A stretch of 64,000 bases of DNA from Hypanus sabinus (taxonomy: Eukaryota): the NCBI RefSeq assembly GCF_030144855.1, contig NC_082731.1, forward strand, positions 9,858,001-9,922,000, written 5' to 3'. Below the pieces are notes generated by a model, which was not told the origin of the DNA, did not search any database, and saw only the letters and a program-made list of their open reading frames with translations. Shown one piece after another: positions 24,720-38,001 of the stretch (positions are counted from its first letter, which is position 1; every line of letters starts with the position of its first letter). Made by a program: the position numbers and the translations under genes.

Positions 24720-25040
24720 CGGAAGTTAATACAAAATTCAGGGGAAGACTCAGGGGAGTTGAGAGTTAGAGGGCAAAAGTGTAGGGGTTACACGAAGAGG
24801 AACTTATTTACTCAGAGAGTGGTAGCTGTGTGGAACGAGCGTCCAGTAGAAGTGGTAGAGGGAGGTTCGATATTGTTATTCAAAAAAAATTGGATAGGTT
24901 TATGGACAGGAAAGAAATGGAGGTTTATGGGCTGACTACAGGTCGGTGGGACTAGGTGAGAGTAAGCGCTCGGCACGGACTAGAAGGGCCGAGATGGCCT
25001 GTTTCCGTGTTGTAATTGTGATATGGTTATATGGCTATTT
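24720..25040 (+). mobile_element. 5'-truncated CR1 3' end with ATATGGTT tail
   Basis: Nearly the same 3' UTR and tail as the young CR1 at 59218-59500. Confidence 0.8.
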
Positions 25041-26522
25041 TATACGGTTATTAGACGGGCATCGCGACAATTACGTCACCAATAAAATACCCCCGATGCA
25101 ATGTTAACAGAAATGTTGGAGACATATGGTGCTAGAACATAAGAGCAGCCTCTTCGGCCCAGTAAAACTGAGTGCGCATCGGCACTAAGGAATTGTACAT
25201 TTTAAAAATTGTTTTGTAGTTTCAAGAACTCCTCACAGAGTCTACCCTCAACCTCCACATTAGGAATAAATTACAGTAGTCAACGTATCTAGTACCTACG
25301 TGTTTATCGACATGAGAATTGAAAAACCTAGATTAAATGCGCTTTGTGTGAGACATGCTAATAGCGGTATCCCTGTGCTACCACACTCAATCGTCGTTGA
25401 GTCATAAAATTACACAACACGGAAACCCATGTCCCTCGGAAACGCACGTTAAATGCTGTTTCACGACTACCTCAATCCAAAGTGCAGTAACAAAAACATT
25501 CTTTGTCTTTCCGATTTCAGTGATCGTCCAAATAATTTCACAATATGGTGACCACGATCAAGATCTTAGCAATTTCTTCTGATATACCTTTCCCTAAAGC
25601 TCCTTCTCTTAACTTAAGCATATGCTCTCTTTGGATTCCAAGCTGGCAATAAGGAACGATGTTGTCAATTTAGCTTATCTTTGTCGCTAATAATTGTATC
25701 TGGTTTTATCGGGTCACTCCTCAGTTCCCTTCACTCCAAAGAAAACGAGACAAGCCTACCTAATTGCTCCCCATAATTGAGGTTCTCCAGTCCAATTAAC
25801 ATGCAGTTGAATATGATATCCACTCGTTCCAGTGCAGTGACATTCATTTTATAAAGTGACGATCAGAACTGAACCACGTATTTCAAACGCGAGGGCAGGA
25901 GTGTTTGGTAAAATTAAAACTGAGCTTCCCAACTTTCACTTGCTAAACCCTGATCTATGAAGGCAAGTATGTCATGTTCTTTTGTCAGCATTCCATCTAG
26001 CGGTGCTGCCACTTTCAGTATACTATGGGCTGGAACTTCAGTATATTTCTGTTCATAAAAGTTTCTTAATAATGAGTCAATAAAGTTCACCTGCAGCCGA
26101 ACGTGTAACTTTCTATTTGATCTGTGTCGTGTCACAGGCGTAGACACCAAACTTCACGATTCAGTAAGTTTAGTGTCAGACATAACCTCAGGAATTATAT
26201 TTCCTATATGTTCATGCAAATCGTTATTTCTATCACAGACAACAAAAATCACAGTACTGTGGTACGCCGCACGTAGCATAATTCCGAAGAGAAAGATATT
26301 GTCACCATTACCCTTAGCAGCTCACTAACAAATAGGCTGCTCACCATGGAGTCTTAAACAAACTGACAAGCGTATTGATAGAAAGCTTGTCAAATAGAAA
26401 GGAGAGCAGTTTCTTCTCCGCAGATCCTGCAAGTCCAGCTGAGTACTTGCACTGTTTCATTGCAACCACATTTCAGAAAGACAGTTTTTTGGAGATTAAT
26501 ACTGGTTGACTTTCTCTTGCAG

Positions 26523-26840
26523 CCAAACCATTGGAACCAAAGGTACGCCTCTTGCCACCGTCTCCAGAGGAGACTCAAACTACAAGTATCGCTATACTCA
26601 CATGCATGATAACGGGATTCTACCCCGATGACATAACCGTTTTGTGGCAGAAGGACGGAGCCGCGTTCTACTCGAACGCGAGCAGCTTCTCAACGGCACT
26701 TCAACAGGACATGACCTTCAGCACGAGAAGCCTCCTTTACTTGACTGAAGCCGATTGGAAGAAGGACGCAAGATACTCCTGTGTCGTCACGCACCCACCT
26801 TCAAAGTCTACTGTGAAAGCAAACATCAGGACCCCGAAAG
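26523..26840 (+). CDS. IgNAR: IgNAR C3 exon
   Basis: (A)KPLEPKVRLLPPSPEE...LTCMITGFYPDDITVLWQKD...FSTRSLL...RYSCVVTHPPSKSTVK. Open, phase 1-1. Confidence 0.97.
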
Positions 26841-27596
26841 GTAAGTAAGGTTTGCCAATATACACACATCCATTCTGTGTTCGATATCCCAGACAAAAGA
26901 TAAAAAGCATCAACCGCCTGCAATGAGCAGAGTGGAACGGTCATTGTAATGTACTATAGTAGTAATCAGACCTCTCTGATGGTCTGCTAAAATAACATAT
27001 ATGAGCGTCAACTAAAATTCATAAGATGCAAACGGATCACTGTTGAACCTGCGAAGACAAAATGTATTATAATATTAAATTGTCTCACCAATGGGAGCTC
27101 AATAGGGTAAAGCTGAAGGAATATGTACAAACATTAATTGTTGAATGACAATATGAATGGAGCCCATTCTTGTCGTTTCTGATTATATTCTAAGAAAATA
27201 GTTTAATGGGCCACACTTGTAAACAAACTTTTTTAAGCTCAATAAAAGTATAATCAATACACACGAATTAGCATACTAATAATTCACAGGTAACGCAGGA
27301 TGGTTTAACGATGAGTCTCCGATGTGTTGGCGTGAATAATTGGGTGGGACCATTCTCTGTAAGGATTTTGTACGTCCTTTCTGTGCAATGCGTGGATTTC
27401 CTCCTATTACTCCGATTTCCTTCCACAGTCTAAAGATTTACCGGTTAGTAAGTTAATTGGCCGTTGTAAATTGTCCAGTGATTAGGCCAGGGTTATATCG
27501 AGAGTTGCTGGCTGAGCTGCCCGAATGGCCGGACGGCCCTATTCTGCGCTATATCTTAGAATAAATAAATAAATGTAGGTCCAATTAACTGATGAA

Positions 27597-28200
27597 AGTC
27601 ATAGAAACATAGAAAACCTACAGCACAATACAGGCCCTCCGGCCCACAAAGTTGTGCCGAACACGTCCCTACCTTAGAAATTACTAGGCATACCTATAGC
27701 CCTCTACTTTACGAAGCTCAATGTATCTTTCTAAAAGCCTCTTAAAAGACGCTATCGTATCTGCCTCCAACACCGTTGCCGGCAGCCCATTCCACGCATT
27801 CACCACTGTAGAAAACTTATCCTGACATCTCCTCTGTACCAGCTCCCTAGCAGCATAAACCTCTGTCCTCCTGTGGCAACCAGTTCAGCCCTGGTGAAAC
27901 GCCTCTGACTATCTACACGATCAATGCCTCTCATCATCTTATACATCTCTATCAGGTCACCTCTCATCCTCCGTCGCTCCAAGGAGGAAAGGCCATGTTC
28001 ACTTAACCTATTCTCATAAGGCATGCTCCCCAATCCAGGAGACATAATTGTAAATCTCCTCTGCACCCTTTCTATGGCTTCCACATCCTTACTGTAATAT
28101 GGCGACCAGAACTGAGCACAGTACTCCAAGAGGGTTCTGACCAGGTTCGTATATAGCTGCAACATTACCTCTCGATTCCTAAATTCAATTCCACGATTAG
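27597..28200 (-). mobile_element. CR1 3' fragment
   Basis: VMLQLYTNLVRTLLEYCAQFWSPYYSKDVEAIERVQRRFT; AGAAACATAG tail. Confidence 0.85.
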
Positions 28201-28609
28201 TAAAGTAAGTATTGAAATCCTCCGTACCGTCAGCAGCCATCTGACCTGGACTGGAAAAAAACACGTCTGAGTGGAACACCTTCGACCTGACGACTGTCAG
28301 TTTTTTCTCTCGCATGGTGTTAATGGTCCTCGGCCTGGATCTCACAACAAAACATAATATCATCCACGACTATCTACGGGAAGTTTAGGGATTTCAGACG
28401 TATCCCTTTTATGGAGAAACTGAAACGTAATTCACAGGAAGATGCAAAGTTTACATAGTTCTGTCAATTACTTTGACCATTAGATCCCATTATATAGTGA
28501 TACAGCATGGAATAGGCCATTTTTGTCTTTCGAGCCACGCCACACCAAAAGCTGCACAACCTTGATTAACCTTAACCTAATTGCAGTTTAACTTTTACAG
28601 TAAGACCAA

Positions 28610-30750
28610 ATAACCATGAAAAATGAACCGACTTGGGCTATTCGGCCCATCGACTCTGCTCCGCCATTCCATCATGGCTGATCCCGGATCCCACTCAACC
28701 CCATCAGCCTGCCTTCTCGCTATGTCCTTTGATGCCCTTAACGATCAGAAAACGATCAACTTCCACCCTAACTATATGCACGGGCGGCCTACTCCACATT
28801 ATGTGACAGTGCATCCCACAAATCTGCTACTCTCTGGCTGAAAAAAATTCCTCTTTACGTCTGTTCTAAAAGGACGCCCGTCAATGTTGAGGCTGTGCCA
28901 TCCGGGGCTCGATACCCTACCATAGAAAACATCCTTTCCACATCACCCTATCTCGTCCTTTCATTAGAGTGGTTTCAATGAGATCCACACACATTCTTCT
29001 AAATTCCAGTGAGTACAGTCCCAAAGCTGCCATATATTTACCCCGTCATTCCTGGAATCATCCTCGGGAACCTCCTCTGGACTCTCTCCTATGACAACAC
29101 ATCCTTTCTGTGATATTGGGCCCTAAACTGTTAAGAATAATTTTAGTGCGGCCTGATTAGTGCCTTATAAATGCTCAGCAGGAACTCCTTGCTGTTATAT
29201 TCTGTTCCCTTCGAAATAAATGCCAACGTTGCATTGGCCTTCTTTACCACAAGCTCAACCTGTAAATGAACCTTCTGGCAGTCTTGCACGAGGACATCTA
29301 AGTCCCTCTGCTCCTCTGGTATTTGAAATTTTTCCCCATTCAGATAATAGTCCGCACTATTGTTCCTTTTACCAAAATATGTTATCATACATTTCCCAAC
29401 ACTTTCTTCCATCTGCCACCTTTTGTCCATTATTCCTATTTCTCTAAGCCCTGCTGCAACTGCATTGCACTATGTGCTCCTTCACCTTTCTTCGTATCAT
29501 CCGCAAGTTTTGCCACAAAGCCATCAATTACACTATGTACACCACTGATAAACAATGTGAAAAACAGGTGTCCTATTCCTGACCCGTGAGGAACACCACT
29601 ATTCCCCGGCAGACAACCATAAAAAAGGCTCCTTTTATTCCCATTCACTGCCTCCTGCCTGTCAGCTATTCGGGAACCCATACCAGCATCTTTTCCGTAA
29701 AGAGATAGGATTTTATCTTGTTGAGCAGACTCAATTGTGGTATCTTATCACACCCCTTCTAAAAGTCCAAGTAAATGACTTCACTCCCTCGCCTCTGTCC
29801 ACCCTGGTTGTTACTTCCTTGAAGAATTCTAAAAGATTTGACAGGCAAGATTTCTCTTCACAGAAACCATGCTTACTTTGACTTATTTTTAATCATCAGT
29901 CTCCAAGGACCTCAAAACCTCACCCTTAATAATAGATTCCAACACTTTTCCAACCATTGAGATTAGGTTTACTGGCCTATAACCCTCCCTCCTTAAAGGG
30001 TGGAGTGACATTTGCAATTTCTTAGTCCTCCGGGACCATGCCAGAATCAAGTGATTCTTAAAAGATCCTGCCCCATGCATCCGTTATCTCTTCAGCAACC
30101 TCTTTCAGGACTCTGGGATGTAGCCCATCTGGTCTAAGTGACTTACATAACTTTAAGTTTCCCTTGCACTTTTTTTCCTTTGTAATAGCAATGACACTCA
30201 CTCCTGCTCCCTGATGTCCATGGACCTCTGCTACACTGCTAGTGTCTTCCACAGTGAAAATAGATGCAAAGTACCCGTTACGTTCATCTGACATTTCTTT
30301 GTCCCTATTACTACCTTACTAGCATCATTTTCTAATGGTCCAATATTACCTCTCACCTCCCTTTTACCCTTTATATATCTTGCTTTAAATTATTGGCTTG
30401 TCTGTCCACAAATTTCACTTTTTCCCTTCTTATAGCTATTTTTATTTATCTTTTGTTTGATTTTAAATGCTTCCCAATCATATAAATTCCTACTCCCTTT
30501 TGCTACCTTATATGACCTTTCCTTGGCTTGTCCGCAGTCCTTATCTTCCTTTGTCAGCCACGGAGGCCGGCACCTGCCATTTGAGAACTGCTTCCTCTGT
30601 GGCACATATCTATCCTGCGCCTTGTGGAACTATTCCCAGAAACTTCAGCCATCTCTGCTCTGCCGTTATCCCCGCCAATATCCTCTTCCAATCTACCTGG
30701 ACAAGCTCCTCTCTCATGCATCTGCAATTCCATGATTTCCATTGCGATAC
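28610..30750 (-). mobile_element. CR1 ORF2 fragment, about 2.1 kb, decayed
   Basis: Split ORFs with PDGLHPRVLKEVAEEITDA, YRPVNLISMVGKVLESIIK, KLADDTK and WQME motifs. Confidence 0.85.
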
Positions 30751-31375
30751 ACACACATGCGAGTTATGCTTCTCAATGATCCCAACTAACCAACCCGGTT
30801 TTTCTTTGACTCTGGAGTAGATGGGGAAAACCCGTGCCTTCCACGGGGAGAACGTACAGACTCCTTATAGAATAGCGCAGGCATTAAACTCCGAACTCCA
30901 TCACGTTCCGACCGGTAATAGCGTCCCGTTACCGTGGTTCCGTGTTGTTGGTTGGCAAAGGTCGGAGCCACTAATTGCACCAAAGAAAATAATGAAAATC
31001 AATTATTCAAGCACAATAACGTCGTCGTATTAGATGGTTAGGGCAGTTTAGTACCCTTCAGGGGCTTCATGAGTGAACTCCTTTCCAGGATAAGCACAGA
31101 TGATCGTTTATGTAAGCATATCGAACAAATCCAATCACAATGCCTCATCAAATGAAGCAGTCCATGTCTTCCTGCGGGAAGATCGATATCAGATCCTAAA
31201 GCTGGCACCAACTACAAAGTGAGATTTCTACGACATAATTTCTAGACAATAACTAAAATAAATTATAACAATCTGCTCCGCATATTCAATGGTTCACGCT
31301 CAAGAACATTCAGACCACTCCGAACACCAACATTTTCCAGTTTCCGACCATTCATAAAACATACTATCGTCATAT

Positions 31376-31660
31376 TTATTTCTCCTCGGTCGGTATCCTC
31401 AAGTTTTCCACGTAACACTCAATCTGTTGAGCACTTAACAATTTACTTATCTTGTGTAAATCCCACCAAATTCTCCCATAATGTTTCCCCCAGCCCACGA
31501 TTCCACATAGTTTGTATTTCCAGCAAACAGACATATTACAGTATATCCCCCAATAAAATAATTGAAATAGATTCAGAGTATCTGAGGCACCAGTATCGAT
31601 CACCGTGACATCCTGTTCGCCGCAGCTTTTAGGTCCGTAAACTCGTAAAGGGTTCGCTTC
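31376..31660 (-). mobile_element. Possible retropepsin (LTR-retrotransposon protease) remnant
   Basis: LRVYG.....DVTVIDTGASDT..GIVG resembles the DTGA aspartic protease active site. No flanking gag or RT recognised. Confidence 0.3.
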
Positions 31661-32888
31661 TGGTACATGGTTGCTCTACTGTTTAACATGCACAAAATGG
31701 ACTGCTTTTATTCACCCGTGCTACTTTGACAGTATCACCCAAACACAAAATACCATGATGGACATGGGCTTCAAATACGCGGGTGTCACTTGGAAACAGA
31801 GGATGGCACCTCCCCTTCAATTCCGATGGGTTTATATTCTGTAACTCGCTACCCTACAGCTGTGCAAATTATACTTCACCAGAAGCATTGAAGCAATTCA
31901 GGAAAATAGCTCACATTTTCTATGCAAGACAGGTAAACAATGAACTTGCTAGCTGCATCAAGAATCGAAACAAAAGTAATAACGTAAAATTACTAAAGGC
32001 TCGTGCACTTTTGAAACTGAATTGATCCTCCAAATGTTACTGTATTTTAATATCACAGTTTATATTTTTTTCTGGAATGCATTGGGTGGTAAATAATGCA
32101 GGTGTCGGCTCATACATCGCAGTAGAGTTTTATAATTGTTAAGATCAATTAAGTGGAAGCACTTCCTTCGAATACGTGGTTCCATTACATTTTATGGCAC
32201 GTGTTAACCTATGGAGTCAACGTGGCCGCTTCCGTTTCACGTTACTGGCAAATTTTCCTATTCCTGGTGGAGTAATTCCCACAAAATATGACCGAAAATA
32301 TTGAAGGACTGGCCGTCCGTCGTCGGTTCGTATAGTAGTGATGCATTGAATGCTAATCACACGACATGTTCTTTATTAGAATTCAGTGGCATGTTATATT
32401 TTGTTTTCTTATTTCGAAGAGCGTGCAACTCTGTCCATAAAGGAGAAAGTACTGCAGTTTTAACTGAGTATAACTTTCCGCTTAATAGTTCTTTTCGATC
32501 AACTTCTTTTAGAATCACACTGGGGACTGGAAGACAAACCTTTTGCTCATTTTGTGTGAATACCTTTGAAGGAAGCCTCAGTAGTTTGAAGATCTAAGGG
32601 GGAACGTTTGCATCCCTGAATGGGAAAAATACTTACTGTTAAAGTCATGTCAGTGTACTGTTTGCGCTGTTGTTTCTATAATCGGGAAAATCAATGAGGA
32701 TATCAGACAAGGAAGATAGAGGAGTCAGGTTGATAAGGCCAGAATAGCTGTATGAGCGAAGCAGAAAAAAATGTCACAGAGAAATGAATAGTAGTGGGAT
32801 TATGAGCTACTCCGGCCTGGTTATAGTTGTTATTACCCACATCTGAACAATCACAGAATGAATATAACCATTCCCACTTTTTTGCCAG

Positions 32889-33209
32889 AAGAATGCCGTG
32901 TGGCTGACATTAATGCCATCATAAAAAAGCCTTCCTTTGAAGAGATTTGGATGCTTCGGAGGGCAACAATTGTGTGCGAAGTGGTTTACACAGATTTACA
33001 TGACGTCACAGTCTCCTGGCGAGTAAATGGGAGTCGGAGAATGAACGGAGTAGAGACTCGCGGTCCAGAGTGGAGGGGAAGTAAATCCGTCATCATCAGC
33101 AAACTGAAGATCAGTGCAGAGGAGTGGAACAGTGGAACTGAATGCCTGTGCTTTGTAGAATACCGTGATCTGCCAACACCACTGAAAACCGCCACCAAAA
33201 AGTCCAAGG
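32889..33209 (+). CDS. IgNAR: IgNAR C4 exon
   Basis: (E)ECRVADI...KPSFEEIW...TIVCEVVY...W.VNG...GVET..PEW.GSKS..SKLK...EWNSGTECLC. Open, phase 1-1; N-terminal Cys at the usual inter-chain position. Confidence 0.97.
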
Positions 33210-33570
33210 GTAAGCGCAATTAACTGCCGTCTTGAGGCACATCACATAAACTTTTTGGCAGACATTCATGAACTAATCAATAGAGTTGAAAATATAATCT
33301 CCTCCATTCCGTTGCGTAGCAACAATCCAGAAGAAAAAAAATGTCCACCCGTCGTAAAGTAGAAAAGAAGCTGCAAAACTATACATGGTATATTAATAAC
33401 AAAGAGCAAATGTAACATCTTATTTATATTTGGAGCCGATATGTCTTGAGATGAAAAACTGATCTAATTTCTGAGTTTATTGATATTTGAACATCCGGAG
33501 TCTGGTGAAGATACAAATCTCCAAGTCACAGATGAAACTAATTTAACATGTGTTTTTTTTTCCCTTCCAG

Positions 33571-33953
33571 TTACTGAAATGCACCTCCCTAAAGCCTACC
33601 TCTTGTACCCATCAGCTGAGGAGATTCTAGCCGAGGAAGCAGCTACCCTAATTTGCCTGGTGACCGGTTTTTATCCGGAAGATATATACGTCGGTTGGAT
33701 GGCTAATGACACCCTTTTGCATTCGGGATTCTCCATCCAGTTTAACAGCGATAAGGAAAACGGCTCTAACTCGGTCACCAGCAAACTGAGGATCAGCGCA
33801 GAAGACTGGGAGAAGGGAACCACCTATAGCTGTTTGGTTGGACATCCGTCGCTACAAACAAATATAGTCAGAAGTATTAATAAATCGCGGGGTAAACCTA
33901 CTTTAGTTAACGTGTCAGTTCTTCTAACTGACAGCTTTAAATCGTGCGTCTAA
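33571..33953 (+). CDS. IgNAR: IgNAR C5 (33571-33891) plus secretory tailpiece (GKPTLVNVSVLLTDSFKSCV*)
   Basis: YVGWMANDTLL and TTYSCLVGHPSL are IgNAR C5 motifs. Internal donor G|GTAAAC at 33892 serves the membrane form. Tail has an NVS sequon and a penultimate Cys. Confidence 0.97.
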
Positions 33954-34252
33954 TCATCCTTGATTTGATGACTAATAGCTTGGAAGTGTTTCTTTTTTAC
34001 TGCGTAGCTGTTTGATTTTCCGATTTGCTGATTTACTGTAGAACACGCATAGCATTCGCTCTTCGGATTATCACACCGTAAATGAAATATTCCATTAATT
34101 TCATCTGTTCGATAACATTGTGATGAGCTCTCGATAGCATTAGAATATTTTTAACCTTACGCTGATTCTGAAAATGTAGTGCTTTTGAGATGCTAGCAAG
34201 TCGCGGAATAGATAGCAGATAGCGATTTATTCTGTACGCCACATTATATTGA

Positions 34253-34258
34253 AATAAA
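34253..34258 (+). terminator. Candidate poly(A) signal for secretory mRNA
   Basis: First AATAAA I found after the tailpiece stop, about 300 nt downstream. Confidence 0.55.
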
Positions 34259-36723
34259 TTCAGAATGAAAACTTGGCTTCCACTTATGTGTTCATATCAT
34301 TGCTCTTAAGAGTAAAACATTATTCATTTTTTTAATATTAGCTTCATTAATATATATGGTATACTTCTATTCTTTCCTTTTCACATGTCGCATGTATGGC
34401 AGGGAGACGAGAGAGGTAACGATATAAGGCAAATTACTAAGGTTATTTAGATCCAAGCGGTTCGTGGAGATTAGATTCGAGATCTGATTTGACGGATAAG
34501 CTCCTTCGTGCATGTGCACCTGTCATCTGAACTTGAAAAGTTAAAGGTCCATAGACAATAGACAACTGCACGGAATAAGCATCAGGATCAGAATAATTTT
34601 CTTTGACATTGTCGCGAATTTTATTGTTTTGCAGCAGCAGTACAATGCAATACATAAAATACAATATGAAAGAGATGCTTAAAAATAAGTAAGTAGTGAT
34701 AAAGGGGGGGGGGAATTAGTGAGGTACTTTTAGTGGCTTCATGGATTGCTCAGAATCCGATGAAGAAGGAACAGAAGCTGTTCCTAAATAGTTGAGTGTG
34801 TGTCTTCATGCCACTTTAATTCTGATGGCAGTAATGAGAAGGTGGCACGTGCTGGATGGTGGGAGCACTTAATGACTGTTGCCAACCCCTTGAAGCACCG
34901 CGTTTTGACATGTTCTCAATGTTGGGGAGCCTCGTGTCTATGGATACCTGCACACAACACTCTGCAGTATTTACGGTTCCCATGCAATGGTTCCATAATA
35001 CCAGCTGGCGATTTAGCCGGTTAGAATGCTGACGCTATTAATGTTAGACTTGGACAAACATTTGGTCTGGTCTTTGGTGATATAGCAAATCTTCTCTAGG
35101 TCTTAATAAAATATGCCACTGACGTGCTTATTTACCTATTTACATCCATATTTAGGGATCTGGATAGATCTTCAGAGAATACCTCCTGGAACTTGAAATA
35201 GCTCACCTTTTCCACTGCCGACTCCTCGATTAGGACTGGCGTGTGTTCCTTCGACTTCTGCTTTCTGCTGTCGACAATAAGTTAATTTCTCTTATTTTTG
35301 TTGAGAACACGGTTGTTGCTGCGGCGCCACTCAACCAGCTGATTAGTCTCAGTGATGTACGCCTCTTTGTCACTCTCTGAAATTCTGCTGACAGCAGTTT
35401 CATGGGCAATTTATAAATCACATTTCCTTCTCATCTCTTTGTGAATTAAGTACATGATGCTTGGTTGCAGATTTCAAGCAGAAACATACCTGATGCTAGG
35501 AAAATAGTATTGTCCTCCATATTCCATTTGGCCTCTAACACTGATTATACCGCATCCAGTGCTCAATAGAATTGAGAAGGCTAAAACAATCGACATCAGC
35601 GAATCCTAAAAGTCGTTCGCCTACCAGCACCCCGGTTCCTAGTAAATGGCAGTAGCGGATTTCATGTTGGCTATTATATGATCTTATTTAACACCTGTTT
35701 TTCAGTCTGCATCTACTGAATTGACCCTGTAAAGCTGGTCTTTGCATGAGTTCTGAGCACCCATGCACATGGCAATGCCCTCCCAAAAGCTCTATAGTCT
35801 TTCACATTTTATATAACAGAGACTATGCCACCATGTTCTAGAAGACGGGCTATTTGACTTACCTTCCCTATGTATCTTGACATACACGAGTTATAGATCT
35901 GCCGAAGTCTCTCTGTGAAGATAATTATCTTCAAATTGAGAGCTTTCACACCCTCGTCCTTGTCCTCTCAATCTCATCATGCCCTACCCGATATCTCAAG
36001 CTGGATCCCGTGTTGGGCTCCTCGGCACAATAATTGGCAGTCATGTGAAGGTCCCAAACATTGTAGCCAGTTCAGGGACTGCACATTTCCTCGGCAATTT
36101 ATATTAATATGCTACATAAATCCAGATGTTTAGATTATTTAAAAAATATGTTGTTAAATATTCCCCGTGACTTTTCTGTGAATGGTACTGTGATATCCTA
36201 AGTAAATACACTTCAATGAGATCTATCATCCATCCAACTGTTCCTGTCGGACCCGGGCTTTCCATCAGCTAAACTTGGTTTCTGGCTTTGACTGCATGAT
36301 GCTGCTCAGGGCCTGCTTGATATGGTTACCGCGCCAAACAAAGTGAACAACAAGAGAACAGTGTTCATGTTTAAGGAAACGCCGACTTAGACTGCAATGG
36401 ACAATCAGGTGTCCAGAATTAACTGACCTGCAAGGAGGGTGGAACCTGTAGTTATGTAAAAATTGGTGCGTCAGCTGCAGTCGAATTCAATTCAATGTTG
36501 CTGTGTCCGTAATTATGAATTCCAAATGAAGATATGAAGTGGTACTCTTAAATCAGTTTTGTATTCTCTTGACTCGTGTGCAGGTAACTGAATTTTGAGA
36601 ATTGTACATCTTGCTCAATAGGGTCCAATGTATTCTATTTAGAACTCCTCACAATAGTTAATAACCACTCAGCTGATAGAACGGTGAAGAGCAAGTGACT
36701 GATGACCATACAAATGACAGCAT

Positions 36724-38001
36724 TGTAATAGTATGAAGAGATATTAATAAATGAAAGAACAGGCCAGTCATAAAGGGGAACGTGGGGAGTGGACCCAAAA
36801 GCAAGACATAGACACTGAACTACCAGGAACAGGACTAGGCGTGAGAAGGGAGCAAGGAAAGTGGGGAATAAAGGACGTTGGACATTACACAGTCCCCAGA
36901 TGAGACAAGAATCCTGGATCTGGGCGAGGACATGACGAGGATAGCGGAACCGGGACATAGAATTGGGAACTAGCAGTCTGGGCTTGGACTCCGAGCGAGA
37001 GACTGGACAAGGACCCAGAACCTGGGTCTTGACTCCGGCTCGGATTCCAGAACCAGGTGAGGACAAGACGTGGCTTCAGGACGAGGAGAGGCACAGGACT
37101 GGACGTGAGACTCATGGACTGGACAAGGAAACCTCAGCACAGGACGAGCGAACCTCAGCATCGGGCTGGGCAAGGTGCGCCTGGGCTGGGCGAGGAACAT
37201 GACAAGACGAGAATGCAAAGGCCTGGACAGGACAAGGACCTTGGACGTGACCCCGAAGGCTTGACTTGGTCGAGGAAGAGACAGGAATGCAAAGCATTTG
37301 GTCGAGGGAGAGACAGGAACTAGGAACACCGAGCCAGTACACCTCCTTGGATACGGGACCTTGGGCCGGGGCTCATTACACAGAACGCTGTACACGACAA
37401 GACAGTTCCCGACTCTAGGTAGGTGCAAAGCGGCGGGACCTACCTAGCGAAGCCGTGGACACGGACAGACAGTTCCAAACGCTAGGTAGCGGCAAAACCG
37501 CCGGAACGACCTAGCGAAGACATGGACACGGAGAGGCAGTTCCCACTCTTGGTAGCGGCAAAGCGGCCGGACCTACCTAGCGGAGGCGTGGACACAAAGA
37601 GACAGTTCCAAACAGGGCAAGGCTCCAGGCAAAGGCAAGGCAAGGCAAGGCGAGGCGGGGCCAGGCTCCAGGCACAGGTTTCAGGGCAAGGCTCCAGACG
37701 AGGCAAGGCAAGGCTTCAGGGGAAGCAAGCCAAGGCTTCAGGGGAAGCAAGGCAAGGAGAGGCTAGGCGAGGCGAGGCGAGGCAAGGCTGCAGGACGTTG
37801 GTGAAGGGAAGGGTTAGAGACAGGGGGTTTGGACAAGAGCAATCCAGCAGCCAGAGGCTGAATCCTGAAGCTATTAATGAAGCCAGCCCAAACGAGAATG
37901 AACTGCCTCAACGGAAACTGGGGAAAACCAGAAAACCTGGAATAAATAGAATGGACCAGACCACGAACCCGAATGCGGATTTCATGGACCGGACCATGAC
38001 A
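36724..38001 (-). mobile_element. GC-rich LTR-like element with internal tandem repeats, in the C5-TM1 intron
   Basis: Minus strand starts TGTCATGG. Contains 67-bp repeats (37403-37610) and (AGGCA)n runs (37615-37795). No recognisable ORF; left boundary uncertain. Confidence 0.5.

Noticed and set aside
35706-35719. Acceptor-like TTTTTCAG followed by (V)CIY*, resembling the start of TM1
   Set aside because: Immediate stop and no TM helix downstream; the true TM1 is at 38693.
37403-37610. CRISPR-like reading of the regularly spaced hairpin repeats
   Set aside because: Vertebrate DNA, no unique spacers between identical repeats, and no cas genes.
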